NCBI GenBank assembly: GCA_963848135.1 | Contig: CAWKCK010000005.1 | Coordinates: 372,001-436,000, forward strand | Reading direction: 5' to 3' | Source: an uncultured delta proteobacterium | GTDB lineage: Bacteria; Desulfobacterota; Desulfobacteria; Desulfobacterales; SG8-13 | Length of the DNA stretch: 64,000 nt | Part shown: positions 10,346-19,573 of the stretch, one piece after another | Layout: each line of letters begins with the position of its first letter | How positions within the stretch are numbered: position 1 is the stretch's first letter | Translations under genes and position numbers: made by a program | Notes under the pieces: generated by a model | Databases searched by the model: none | What the model saw: only the letters and a program-made list of their open reading frames with translations | Told to the model about the DNA's origin: nothing

Positions 10346-11476
10346 CTACCAGAATTCTTCCCCATTTCGAATAAGAGGATTTTGCCGAAACTTGAAAGGC
10401 AATAGCAACTGCCCGCAGCTATCGATACAAGATGCCTGTCCCTCGAAATTGGATATCGATATCCCTAGAAGCCTGACTTTCTTTTTACCGGCTTTTGTTT
10501 TCTGAAGCAGCGATCTGACATGCTTCATAATATCAGATGCGCTCTCGACCGGATCTTCAACGGTCATACTGCGGGTGATACTCTTGAAATCGAAATATTT
10601 GATTTTAAGAGTGACTGTCCGCCCTTTCGCCGCGCGTTTGTTCAATGAACTTTCGACTTTGAAAGATAGGGACTCGAGAATTTCGACCATCTGATCGATT
10701 TCGTCGATGTCCTCCGGCAGGGTCGTTTCTTTCCCGATGGATTTCCTGATCCTGTTTGGCTGGACCGGCCGGTCATCAAGGCCGTGGGCGATATCATAAT
10801 AATAGCCGCCCGCTTTTCCGAACAGCCGTAATAACTGTCTCTTTTCATATTTTTTCAGGTCGGCACCGGTTTTAATTCCGAGACCAAGCATTTTCCCCTC
10901 GGTCACCCTGCCGACCCCGAAGAACTTTCTAATGGGCAGTTTGTCAATAAATTCTGGTGCCGCATCCGGCGGAACAACCGTGATTCCATTCGGCTTATTG
11001 AAATCGGAAGCCACCTTGGCAAGAAACTTGTTGAAAGACACCCCTGCCGAAGCGGTCAGTTTATTCGTTCGTTCGTAAATATTTTGCCTTATTTCCTGCG
11101 CGATAAGGGTCGCAGAATTCATCCCTTTATGATTTTGGGTGACATCGAGAAAGGCCTCATCCAGGGATAACGGTTCCACAAGGTCGGTATACTCACAGAA
11201 AATTTCCCGTATTTGCGCAGATACGGATTGATAAACATCGAACCTCGGCCGGATGAATATCGCTTGGGGGCACAATCTGTGTGCCGTGGATGATGCCATG
11301 GCTGAGTGTATACCGAATTTTCTGGCTTCATATGAACATGCGGCAACGACACCCCTTGCCTGGGGATCACCCCCTACAATGACGGGCTTTCCTTTCAGTG
11401 ATGGGCAATCGCGCTGCTCAACGGAGGCGTAAAATGCATCCATATCGATATGGATTATTTTGCGGATGGAATCCAT
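10346..11476 (-). CDS. dinB: DNA polymerase IV
   Basis: RKIIHIDMDAFYASVE, CSYEARKFGI, EPLSLDEAFLD, KFLAKVASD.NKPNG. Confidence 0.96.
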   Translation of the reverse strand: MDSIRKIIHIDMDAFYASVEQRDCPSLKGKPVIVGGDPQARGVVAACSYEARKFGIHSAMASSTAHRLCPQAIFIRPRFDVYQSVSAQIREIFCEYTDLVEPLSLDEAFLDVTQNHKGMNSATLIAQEIRQNIYERTNKLTASAGVSFNKFLAKVASDFNKPNGITVVPPDAAPEFIDKLPIRKFFGVGRVTEGKMLGLGIKTGADLKKYEKRQLLRLFGKAGGYYYDIAHGLDDRPVQPNRIRKSIGKETTLPEDIDEIDQMVEILESLSFKVESSLNKRAAKGRTVTLKIKYFDFKSITRSMTVEDPVESASDIMKHVRSLLQKTKAGKKKVRLLGISISNFEGQASCIDSCGQLLLPFKFRQNPLIRNGEEFW

Positions 11477-11738
11477 TATATGAAACCTGTCTCAGAAATA
11501 AGAACTTTCTACCTCAATACCAGATCTCAGTTAACCCGAAAATTTCGTAAAATCTTTTCAGGCCTGCAGTTTTCCATTGCCTCGCCCGTCGCCTGGAACT
11601 GTCGACCCACTTTTTTCAATGACGGCCTGCGTTTTGATCATGACCGACTCCTTCTCGAATGATGAATGGACTCAAAGGTCAAGCGTAGGTGGTATTCTTT
11701 ACATTTCGAAATATCGTAAGGAGGTCTTAAAATAAAAA

Positions 11739-12215
11739 CTAAGGTGAATGTACAAGACGAAATCCGATACAGTCGAATATAATGTCAGAACTCAGACTGT
11801 AACGATTGGCTGATCGACAGCTCCTGGCGTCATCGGCTGATCCGCCACCCCGCAGCACGCGTTCCGTGCCATCGGATGGGCCGGTAGGGTCAGTTACAGA
11901 CCCTGGCGGATAATTCCCATACCAATCGGCACACCACTCCGCGACGCTGCCGTGCATGTCATATATCCCCCACGCATTTGGTTTCTTTTACGCAACAGGA
12001 TTGTGGGGAAAGCGATCTGAATTTCCGCGGTACCATCCAATTTCATCCAAAGTTGGATCATTAACCGCAATCGAGTATCGATATATCTCCATTTGCAAAG
12101 GCTGTTTGACTGCCGGCTCTTGCGGCATATTCCCATTCCGCTTCGGTCGGAAGTCTGTATTTTTGAGTCCCCTCAAGTTTATTCAATTTATGGATAAATT
12201 CCTGCGCATCATTCC
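11739..12215 (-). pseudogene. Truncated formylglycine-generating-enzyme (SUMF1) family gene
   Basis: Manual translation NDAQEFI...[16 protein letters not shown], a frameshift near 12062, an in-frame TAA at 11988, then KKPNAWGIYDMHGSVAEWC...RVLRGG...GFRL; 5' half missing. Confidence 0.85.
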
Positions 12216-14083
12216 GGCAAACCCGCTTGCTGCAATAAGTCTTTGAACCGAGTGTCTCGTTCCGGGTCGTGGAGGGTGTGGCTCTGCATGAATCGGCCGA
12301 CGCTAAATTTCGGATTCAGCCGCATGACCTTGTCGGCGGCCAGTCTGGCTTCGTCCAACCGGCCGAGATCGGCGTATACAGCAGCGAGAAATGCCTGGGG
12401 GATAACGTGATTGGGGTTGAGTGCGATAGCCTTCTCGAACGACACAACGGCTTCCTCCTTGCGACCCACGAGGTGCAGCGCCACGCCGTAGGCGGATGGG
12501 AGCCACCAGGGATGCTTGGGACTCAGCCGCAGCGCCCGTTCGAATAGCTCGACTGCCTCCTGTTCTCCGCCAAAATCTTTGAGGCGCGTGGCCAGTCCGG
12601 CAACCGCAGGGACATCGTTTGGCGCCAGTTCGGCGGCCTTGCGTCTCAACTCGATAGCCCGTTCGCCTTGACCGCTCAAAGCATAAAGGTTCCCAAGCGT
12701 TTGGTAACCGAGCGTCGCATCCGGATCCATCTGGATGGCCCGCTGTGCCAACGCCATACCGGACCGGATTGACGCTTCCTTCGAGGCGCTCCACCCCTTT
12801 TTGGCCTCATACCAATCGACGGAGGCGAGTCCGGCGACAGGCCACGACCAATCGGGGTCCGCCTGATGAGCGGCCTCGTATAGCTCACGGGCGCGTATCA
12901 TCCCTTCCCGGGTGAACTTCATGAATTCAGCATATGCCTCGAGCCGCAGGAGCCAGGCCTCGAGATTGCTGGTTCCCCGACCCGCCATGCGCGCCGCATC
13001 GCCCTGTGTGAGCTCGACCTGCAATTCAACGATCACGTGCTTGACGATTTCATCCTGCAGCGCAAATACATCCCTTGCCGGCCGGTCGAAGCGATCCGCC
13101 CAGAGGTGGCGTGCGTTGAGAGCATCGACCAACTGGACGGTGATCCGAAGCTTATCATCCGCCTTCTGAACGCTGCCCTCGAGCACGTATTGGACGCCCT
13201 GCTCCTCGGCCACCCGTTTCACGTCGACCGGCTTTCCCCTGTAGGTGGCAGCGGAACTTCTTGCGATCACGAATAGTTCTGGGACCCTCGAAAGCGCCGC
13301 CGTCAGGTCCTCGGTCAGGCCCCTGGCGAAGAAGTCCAGCTTCGCATTGTCCGAATAGTTTTCGAACGGTAGCACGGCGATTGACGGTTTGTCGGGCAGC
13401 GGATAGGCCATACGGCCGACAGAGGCGGGCTCAAACGCGGGCCTCGCCTGATAATACAGGATGCCGCTAACTCCGGCCACCGCAACCAGAATGGTAACTG
13501 CCGCGGCCAGCCATAACCGCGCCAATGCCTTCGCTTTATGAGCACTGACGGTCTTGCCGGCGTCCTTCGGATCCAGCAGCAACTTGTATGCGTTGACCGG
13601 CTTTTCGATGTTCTTGACCGCCTGGGGTCCGAGGTCAGCGAAACCAATCTCGAGCTTGTTTTCGACCTGTTCGTACACCCGCCCGGATATACAGATGCCA
13701 CCAGGTTCGGCCAGACCCTCGAGACGCGCCGCCACGTTGACACCGTCGCCGTAAATGCTGCCGTCGGACTTTTCGATCACCTCTCCGAGGTTGACGCCGA
13801 TGCGGAATCGCATGTGCTGGCCCGCAGTCACGGGTTTGTCCAGCCGGGATAGCCCGACCTGGATGTCCCGCGCGGCTCTCACCGCGGCCGTCGCCGCTGT
13901 AAAGACTGCCAGGATGCTGTCGCCGGCCATGTCGACGACGCGACCGCCATGCTCGATGATGCTCTCCTCGAAAACCGCGCGGCTCGCATCCAGCGCAACC
14001 AGAGTTGCCTCCTCGTCGGAACCGATCAAGCGGCTGTAACCAACTACGTCGGCATGCAGAATCGCTGCGAGCCTACGCTCCAT
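12209..14083 (-). CDS. Class III adenylate/guanylate cyclase with TM, TolB-like and TPR domains
   Basis: [45 protein letters not shown]-type [17 protein letters not shown] repeats; GC-richer than flanks. Confidence 0.93.
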   Translation of the reverse strand: MERRLAAILHADVVGYSRLIGSDEEATLVALDASRAVFEESIIEHGGRVVDMAGDSILAVFTAATAAVRAARDIQVGLSRLDKPVTAGQHMRFRIGVNLGEVIEKSDGSIYGDGVNVAARLEGLAEPGGICISGRVYEQVENKLEIGFADLGPQAVKNIEKPVNAYKLLLDPKDAGKTVSAHKAKALARLWLAAAVTILVAVAGVSGILYYQARPAFEPASVGRMAYPLPDKPSIAVLPFENYSDNAKLDFFARGLTEDLTAALSRVPELFVIARSSAATYRGKPVDVKRVAEEQGVQYVLEGSVQKADDKLRITVQLVDALNARHLWADRFDRPARDVFALQDEIVKHVIVELQVELTQGDAARMAGRGTSNLEAWLLRLEAYAEFMKFTREGMIRARELYEAAHQADPDWSWPVAGLASVDWYEAKKGWSASKEASIRSGMALAQRAIQMDPDATLGYQTLGNLYALSGQGERAIELRRKAAELAPNDVPAVAGLATRLKDFGGEQEAVELFERALRLSPKHPWWLPSAYGVALHLVGRKEEAVVSFEKAIALNPNHVIPQAFLAAVYADLGRLDEARLAADKVMRLNPKFSVGRFMQSHTLHDPERDTRFKDLLQQAGLPE

Positions 14084-14340
14084 GCCCTCTCCTTCATGCG
14101 AACCATTTAAGCGGAACCAAGGGCACTTTCACAGGGCCCCAAGGTATCCGATAACGTTTACGAAATTAAATGAAAATAGGAACTTTCATCTCAAAGAAAT
14201 ATAGGGGAGCATACATTTGTGTCAATGCCTATGAAGTTACAGCAAGTTTGGGGAACAGAATGGACGTTATATATTGAAATAACTATAGAATATACTTCCA
14301 AGAGTAGTAAAAAAGAAAGTAATTATCGCCTTGTAAAAAA

Positions 14341-14400
14341 ATAACCTCCTGATAGCATAAGGGCACCCAAAACCTAAACCCACAGCTAAAAGGAGGTTAT
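14341..14400 (+). promoter_or_regulatory. Inverted repeat that would sequester the transposase RBS
   Basis: ATAACCTCCT (14341-50) is the exact reverse complement of AGGAGGTTAT (14391-400), 1 nt before the ATG. Confidence 0.7.
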
Positions 14401-14401
14401 C

Positions 14402-15685
14402 ATGAACGACTCTGACCTTAGCAGGATCGAGGGGTTCCGTCAACTCAAGCAGGAGATTCGGGGTTCGGATCGTCATTTGATCGTAGGAATCGATATCGCC
14501 AAGAGTACGCATCACGCTTTCCTGGGAACCGCAAACGGTAAAACCGTTTTGAAAGGCTTGATCTTTGAAAATTCACGGCAAGGGCTGGAGAAGCTTCTAA
14601 CCCGTGTGCAGTTTTACATGGACCGCGACGGTTTCAGAGAGGTCGTTTTCGGTGTTGAACCAACCAGTGTATATCATAAACCTCTGGCCGAGAAGCTCAT
14701 CGAGCACGGTCACATGGTCGTGTATGTCACCAATGAGGCCATAAAGAAAAACCGGACATTGCTCGATGGGCGCTGGGACAAAAACGACACCAAAGATGCA
14801 GCCAATGTGGCCGATCTTATCAGCCAGGGAAAATGCAACTATTATGATCTGCCCGGCATGCCGATCCGTGAACTGCGCAGTCTGCTGTTGTTGCGAAAGC
14901 GTTTAAAGAAGCAGCTTCACAGCTGCCGGGTGCGCATCCGCAACAATCTTGTGGCACAGTACTTTCCGGAGCTCGACAAATCGTGGAATCAGGCTGAAGA
15001 CGAGAACCTGGCCATAGTGCGCTGGTTTTTGTCTCCCGAGAAAATCAGATCTTTGGAATTTGAAGACTTTTTTAATCGGGTAACAAAGCGCTGCCGAGGC
15101 ATCCGTCAACGTCGTCGTCTACGCACAGTTTGGGAGATGGCCGGCGAGTCGATCGGCTGTCGCCCCGGCACTGCGATGCAACTTGAAGCAAAAGTCCTTA
15201 CCGAGAATATCAAAAGCACCAAAGAGCAGATCGAAAAAGTCGAGAAGGAAATCGAAAAGATTAGCGGCAGCTGCGAGGAGTATGCTCACCTGCAGACAAT
15301 TCCAGGATTCGGGCCGTATGTGTCGGCGGTCGTGCTGGCTGCGATCGGCAACCCGCACCGTTTTGAAAACATCCAGCAGCTCAAACGACTGGCAGGCTTT
15401 GACCTGAATGCTTCGCGCAGCGGTAAAAGAAGCCGCAGCGCCGTGCCGGTAATCAGCAAGAAAGGCAAAGGCGATTTGCGTTACGCTCTTTACCAGGCAG
15501 CTTTGGTGGCCTCGAGCTTGACCAGGCAGTTCAGAGCTTATTATCACAGCATCCTGAAAGGCAGAGAAAAAGAAAAAGGTATTCGCACCAAAATGCGTGT
15601 CAAGTTGGCGTCAAAATTTTTGGTGATCGCCTGGACCTTGATGAAGAAAAAGGAACCGTTCAGCCCGTCATATCTGAAGATATAG
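14402..15685 (+). CDS. IS110 family transposase/recombinase
   Basis: RuvC-like DEDD residues GIDIAK, GVEPT, KNDTKDA; Tnp domain LQTIPGFG, RF....L..LAG, SRSG (catalytic Ser), ISKKG...LRYALY. Confidence 0.95.
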   Translation: MNDSDLSRIEGFRQLKQEIRGSDRHLIVGIDIAKSTHHAFLGTANGKTVLKGLIFENSRQGLEKLLTRVQFYMDRDGFREVVFGVEPTSVYHKPLAEKLIEHGHMVVYVTNEAIKKNRTLLDGRWDKNDTKDAANVADLISQGKCNYYDLPGMPIRELRSLLLLRKRLKKQLHSCRVRIRNNLVAQYFPELDKSWNQAEDENLAIVRWFLSPEKIRSLEFEDFFNRVTKRCRGIRQRRRLRTVWEMAGESIGCRPGTAMQLEAKVLTENIKSTKEQIEKVEKEIEKISGSCEEYAHLQTIPGFGPYVSAVVLAAIGNPHRFENIQQLKRLAGFDLNASRSGKRSRSAVPVISKKGKGDLRYALYQAALVASSLTRQFRAYYHSILKGREKEKGIRTKMRVKLASKFLVIAWTLMKKKEPFSPSYLKI

Positions 15686-15701
15686 CTTGAATCGAACAGA
15701 C

Positions 15702-15883
15702 TTCGGCGAGAGAGCCCGAGAATGGACGTTGAGGCTTTGAGACCTCTGGAGGGACAATTAAGGGCCTCTCGCTGAGCCCCAAACTTTGACAAGGGATGAT
15801 GGGTGATCCCTCTCTGTCAGGGATATGCCGTATAAAAGTAACGATCAAGTCAGGGCTCATTTACAAGCGAGTTTATCCGCCGA
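15702..15883 (+). ncRNA. Predicted bridge RNA / seekRNA
   Basis: Two stem-loops with large internal loops; loop 1 carries AGAATGGACGT (identical to the left flank) and GGGAC (complement of the right flank); loop 2 carries GGATG and TATAA matching the circle junction. Confidence 0.75.
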
Positions 15884-16128
15884 ATTCCTTAACCAAAAAC
15901 GTAGAAGATAAGTGCGTCCATTTGATTACAAATATTATAACAAGTTGTAATCAATATAAAAAAGTAAAAGCTTGACAGGGGGAATACAGGATGTCCCGAA
16001 ACGATTTTGACGCTAACCGTGCTACTTTTTGTGACGCTACCTCATTTGACAACGATGCTCATTGCACTTACCCTCCTCTATAATACGGTCGGATGTTAAT
16101 CTACCCATTACCTAAAGGAGTGTTCAAA

Positions 16129-16323
16129 ATGGCTAAACGCGTTGTTATCGATACCGATGAATGCGTCGGATGTGAATCATGTGTGGAGTTGTGCTCAGAG
16201 GTGTTTGCCTTTAATGAGGATGAGGAAAAAGCTGAAGTCATCATGCCCGAGGGCGGCCCTGAGGATTGTATTGAGGAAGCGATAGACTCCTGTCCGACGG
16301 AGTGCATATCTTGGGAAGAGTAG
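16129..16323 (+). CDS. Ferredoxin (single 4Fe-4S cluster)
   Basis: CVGCESC...CPTECI; acidic 64 aa; RBS AAGGAG. Confidence 0.92.
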   Translation: MAKRVVIDTDECVGCESCVELCSEVFAFNEDEEKAEVIMPEGGPEDCIEEAIDSCPTECISWEE

Positions 16324-16356
16324 AGTATCTCTATCTTGGGAATTAAAAGAGGACCG

Positions 16357-16767
16357 ATGAAAAAAAATGATCTAACCGAAGATGAATGGCGCCAGCGGCT
16401 GACGCCGGAACAATACCGTATCTTGCGCAAAGAAGGGACTGAACGTCCATTTACAAGTACGCTCCATGAGAAAAAAGACAGCGGAGTTTACAAATGCGCA
16501 GGCTGCGGTACGTCGCTTTTTACATCAAATATGAAGTTTGATAGTGGTACTGGATGGCCCAGCTTTTTCGAAACGTTGCCCGGGATTTTCGAAACGAAAA
16601 AAGATTCAAAGCTATTTCGCTCACGCATCGAATACCATTGTGCGGTCTGTGGTGGCCATCACGGCCATGTTTTTGACGATGGGCCACATCCTACCGGTAA
16701 ACGATATTGTAACAATGGTGCAGCGCTTATTTTCGAGGCCGACGACCAGAAAATGCATGATGAATAA
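16357..16767 (+). CDS. msrB: Peptide-methionine (R)-S-oxide reductase
   Basis: GTERPF, CAGC, KFDSGTGWPSF, GHVFDDGP.PTGKRYCNNG. Confidence 0.95.
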   Translation: MKKNDLTEDEWRQRLTPEQYRILRKEGTERPFTSTLHEKKDSGVYKCAGCGTSLFTSNMKFDSGTGWPSFFETLPGIFETKKDSKLFRSRIEYHCAVCGGHHGHVFDDGPHPTGKRYCNNGAALIFEADDQKMHDE

Positions 16768-17513
16768 TGCCAAAATCAATTAAAAAATCTGAAATTGCCT
16801 TTAGGAATTGGCTTTGGGTGGTGGTTTTTGCGATGGCCTTTGCCTGGGTCGAGAGTGCGGTGGTCGTTTATTTGCGCGAAATCTTCTTTGACGGTAATTT
16901 CAGCTTCCCCCTGCACGTCGAGTGGGAGGAGGGTAAATACATTGTCGATCCTCTGGTTCGTATCGAGTTCTGGCGTGAAATCGCCACCATAATTATGCTG
17001 GTGGCAGCCGGCTGGATTGCCGGAAGGAACAAATTTCAGAAGTTCTGCTATTTTATGATCGCCTTTGGAGTATGGGACATATTTTACTACATCTGGCTCT
17101 ATGTCATGGTAGGCTGGCCCGAAAGCCTCATGACATGGGATCTTCTGTTCTATATTCCACTGCCCTGGGTCGGTCCGGTCATCACACCGGTATTGATCGC
17201 ACTGGCCATGGTAACGGCCGGTTCCCTCATTATTTATTTTGATGACAAAGGATATGATATCCGCTGGCAACGCTACGACATGGTCGTCGAACTGAGCTGT
17301 GGTTTGCTGATGATCGTGGCATTCTGCTGGGATTGGAAAAATATCATTCAGATGCCCGGAAATATTGAAAGGACGGGGATTCCCAACCCTTTCGCATGGT
17401 GGCTTTACCTGCCGGCATATTTTTTTGCCGCTGGTTATTTTGCCCTGAGATTGAGGCAAATCATTCGTAAGCATTCACAGGGCAACGCATCTGCTTTGTT
17501 GTCGGACACTTGA
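16767..17513 (+). CDS. Conserved hypothetical membrane protein
   Basis: Several TM segments; ES.VVVYLR, REIATIIML, WDIFYY, WDLLF.IP.PW.GPV; coupled to msrB stop. Confidence 0.8.
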   Translation: MPKSIKKSEIAFRNWLWVVVFAMAFAWVESAVVVYLREIFFDGNFSFPLHVEWEEGKYIVDPLVRIEFWREIATIIMLVAAGWIAGRNKFQKFCYFMIAFGVWDIFYYIWLYVMVGWPESLMTWDLLFYIPLPWVGPVITPVLIALAMVTAGSLIIYFDDKGYDIRWQRYDMVVELSCGLLMIVAFCWDWKNIIQMPGNIERTGIPNPFAWWLYLPAYFFAAGYFALRLRQIIRKHSQGNASALLSDT

Positions 17514-17570
17514 AGTACAAAAGTACGTCTGCGCGCCCGACGCCTTGCATTTGCGTCACCCTGTAAATGC
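17471..17570. repeat. Palindromic MITE-like element overlapping the 3' end of the upstream gene
   Basis: IR GCATTCACAGGGCAACGCA / TGCGTCACCCTGTAAATGC (16/19); inner GTCGG/CCGAC stem; GCCTTGCA motif. Confidence 0.6.
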
Positions 17571-17715
17571 ATACAAATAGGTGGTTTGATGCGCTTTGGA
17601 CGTTGCAACCCTGTGAACGGCTACAATCATTCTGTCTGGCCGCCCGTTTCCGGCAGGTGAACGACAATCCGAAAAAAGCGCCTGACCCAAAATCACTGAA
17701 GACAAAGTTAATGAC

Positions 17716-18400
17716 ATGCGAAAAATGATAGGCTTTTCACTGAAAATGTTCTCGGTATCTGTCCTTGTGGCCACAATCCTCTCTTCGAACCTTGCCGTTC
17801 GTGAGGGCTTTGGTGAAGAACTTCACAACAGCGGGGCACTCGATGAGAAGGTGAAATCGTTCCTGGAGAGCCGCAAAGGGGCATGGAATAATTGGAACGT
17901 CCCCTACTCTGACGGTAAGGTCCTTTATGATCTCATCATTAAAAACAATTACAAGAATGCGCTGGAAATTGGAACCTCGACCGGACTTTCGGCGATCTGG
18001 ATCGCCTGGGCCCTGAGCAAGACCGGGGGTAAGCTCATTACCATCGAAATCGATGCGAGTCGGTACAAAAAAGCCCTGGCCAATTTCAAAGAAGCCGGGC
18101 TTTCCGAATATATCGATGCCCGGCTGGCCGATGCCCATGAACTCGTGGAGGTGTTAAAGGGTCCATTCGATTTTGTCTTTTCCGATGCCGATAAAGACTG
18201 GTACACAAAATATTTCATCGCCCTGGCACCGAAACTTGTCGTCGGTGGCTGCTTTACGGCCCATAACGCCAGAAATACTAGGCATGGGGAGTATCGGAGA
18301 ATTTATCGACTACGTGGAAAGTCGGCCCAATTTCAAAACCACCATCGACACATCCAGCAGAGCGGGAATATCGATTAGTTGTAAAATCGCATCTGATTGA
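17716..18400 (+). CDS. SAM-dependent O-methyltransferase with a frameshift near 18280
   Basis: ALEIGTSTG, ITIEID, GPFDFVFSDADK, TAHN; a plausible C-terminus (EFIDYV...GISISCK) lies in another frame ending at 18400. Confidence 0.8.
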
Positions 18401-18591
18401 GAGGTGCTCGGAATATGTTGTCAAAAATATTGGGATTGATTCTCGGACTGGCCGCACTCAGCCTCTATGCCTGGAAGTTCAAAAATACTGAGTTGTGCCG
18501 ACCATGAATCATGCTGACAATTGCCGGCGGTGTAGGTTACACCGCATATTGGGTTTTAAAGAAATTGATATAACAAGACACTTACTCCACT

Positions 18592-19272
18592 ATGTTCATC
18601 TTTCTCGATACCGAAACCACTGACCGGGGCCCGACGGACCGGTTGTGCCAGATCGCCTTCAAAACTGAAGATGGCCTCACGATCAATGAACTGTTCAACC
18701 CGGGCATGCCGATCTCCATCGACGCGATGACTGTTCATCACATCACCAATGAAATGGTTCAGGATAAACCCTCCTTCCGCGGCAGCGATGCATGGCATCA
18801 GCTCCAGAATCTGATAAAACCGGATAGCAATGTCATGGTCGCACACAATGCGGCGTTTGATGTCGATATGCTCAAAAAGGAAGGGATCGAGCCAAAGAGA
18901 GTCGTTTGCACCTTTAAATTGGCCCGCTATTTAGACAAGGATGGGCTGATCCCGCGTTATAGTCTGCAATATCTGCGTTATTATCTGAAACTCAATGTCG
19001 ATGCCACCGCGCACAGCGCCTTGGGGGATATCCTTGTTCTCGAAGCTCTCTTCCAGCATATTCACGCCAAAGCGGTTGAAGAATTCGAGGATGATGCCGT
19101 TGCCAAGATTATCGAAGTGTCAAATAAACCGGTTCTTTATCGCAGGATGCCTTTCGGCAAGCATAAAGGCCTGATGATGAGTAAAGTTCCGGCTGATTAT
19201 TTGAAGTGGCTCGCCAAGACCGACCTGAATGAAGATTTGAGATATACGGTTGACCATTATCTGAATGCCTGA
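18592..19272 (+). CDS. DEDDh 3'-5' exonuclease (ExoX-like)
   Basis: LDTETT, VAHNAAFD, AHSALGD; C-terminal MPFGKHKG...VP.DYL.WL. Confidence 0.9.
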   Translation: MFIFLDTETTDRGPTDRLCQIAFKTEDGLTINELFNPGMPISIDAMTVHHITNEMVQDKPSFRGSDAWHQLQNLIKPDSNVMVAHNAAFDVDMLKKEGIEPKRVVCTFKLARYLDKDGLIPRYSLQYLRYYLKLNVDATAHSALGDILVLEALFQHIHAKAVEEFEDDAVAKIIEVSNKPVLYRRMPFGKHKGLMMSKVPADYLKWLAKTDLNEDLRYTVDHYLNA

Positions 19273-19312
19273 GAAATAATTGTCGAATATTGTAATGGAA
19301 TGAGCCGTTCGA

Positions 19313-19573
19313 ATGAACGAAAATGAATGGGTCGTCTATCTGGTTCGGTGTGCCGACGAATCGTTGTATTGTGGTATTACCAACGATATCGAAAAGCGTT
19401 TGGTTGCGCATAATACAGGTAAAGGTGCCAAATACACCAAATCACGACTGCCCGTTGAAGCGATCGGTGTCAGCTCTAAAATGACCAAAAGTGAGGCGCT
19501 TAAACTCGAGCGCCGCATTAAGCAAGTTCCTGCCGCCAAAAAGATTTTTGAATTAGAAAAGATTAGCCGTTAA
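19313..19573 (+). CDS. GIY-YIG nuclease family protein
   Basis: VYLVRCADESLYCGIT, R...HN.GKGAKYT, ALKLE..IK. Confidence 0.9.
   Translation: MNENEWVVYLVRCADESLYCGITNDIEKRLVAHNTGKGAKYTKSRLPVEAIGVSSKMTKSEALKLERRIKQVPAAKKIFELEKISR

Larger units (their letters stand above)
14268..15994 (+). mobile_element. Complete IS110-family element, about 1.73 kb
   Basis: DEDD recombinase gene; GT core dinucleotide at both junctions (14266-67 and 15993-94); joining the ends makes TTGACA-17 nt-TATATA; structured 3' non-coding region. Confidence 0.85.

Noticed and set aside
14259..15922. AATGGACG / CGTCCATT as IS1111-type sub-terminal inverted repeats
   Set aside because: The left copy falls outside the boundary given by the GT core and junction promoter, and the right copy is about 70 nt inside the end
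16357..16767. Selenocysteine recoding in MsrB or the redox genes
   Set aside because: The catalytic position is a Cys codon (RYCNNG) and I saw no in-frame TGA at a conserved Cys position
18592..19573. Exonuclease plus GIY-YIG pair as an anti-phage system
   Set aside because: Both are common small housekeeping families and no defence-type partners are adjacent
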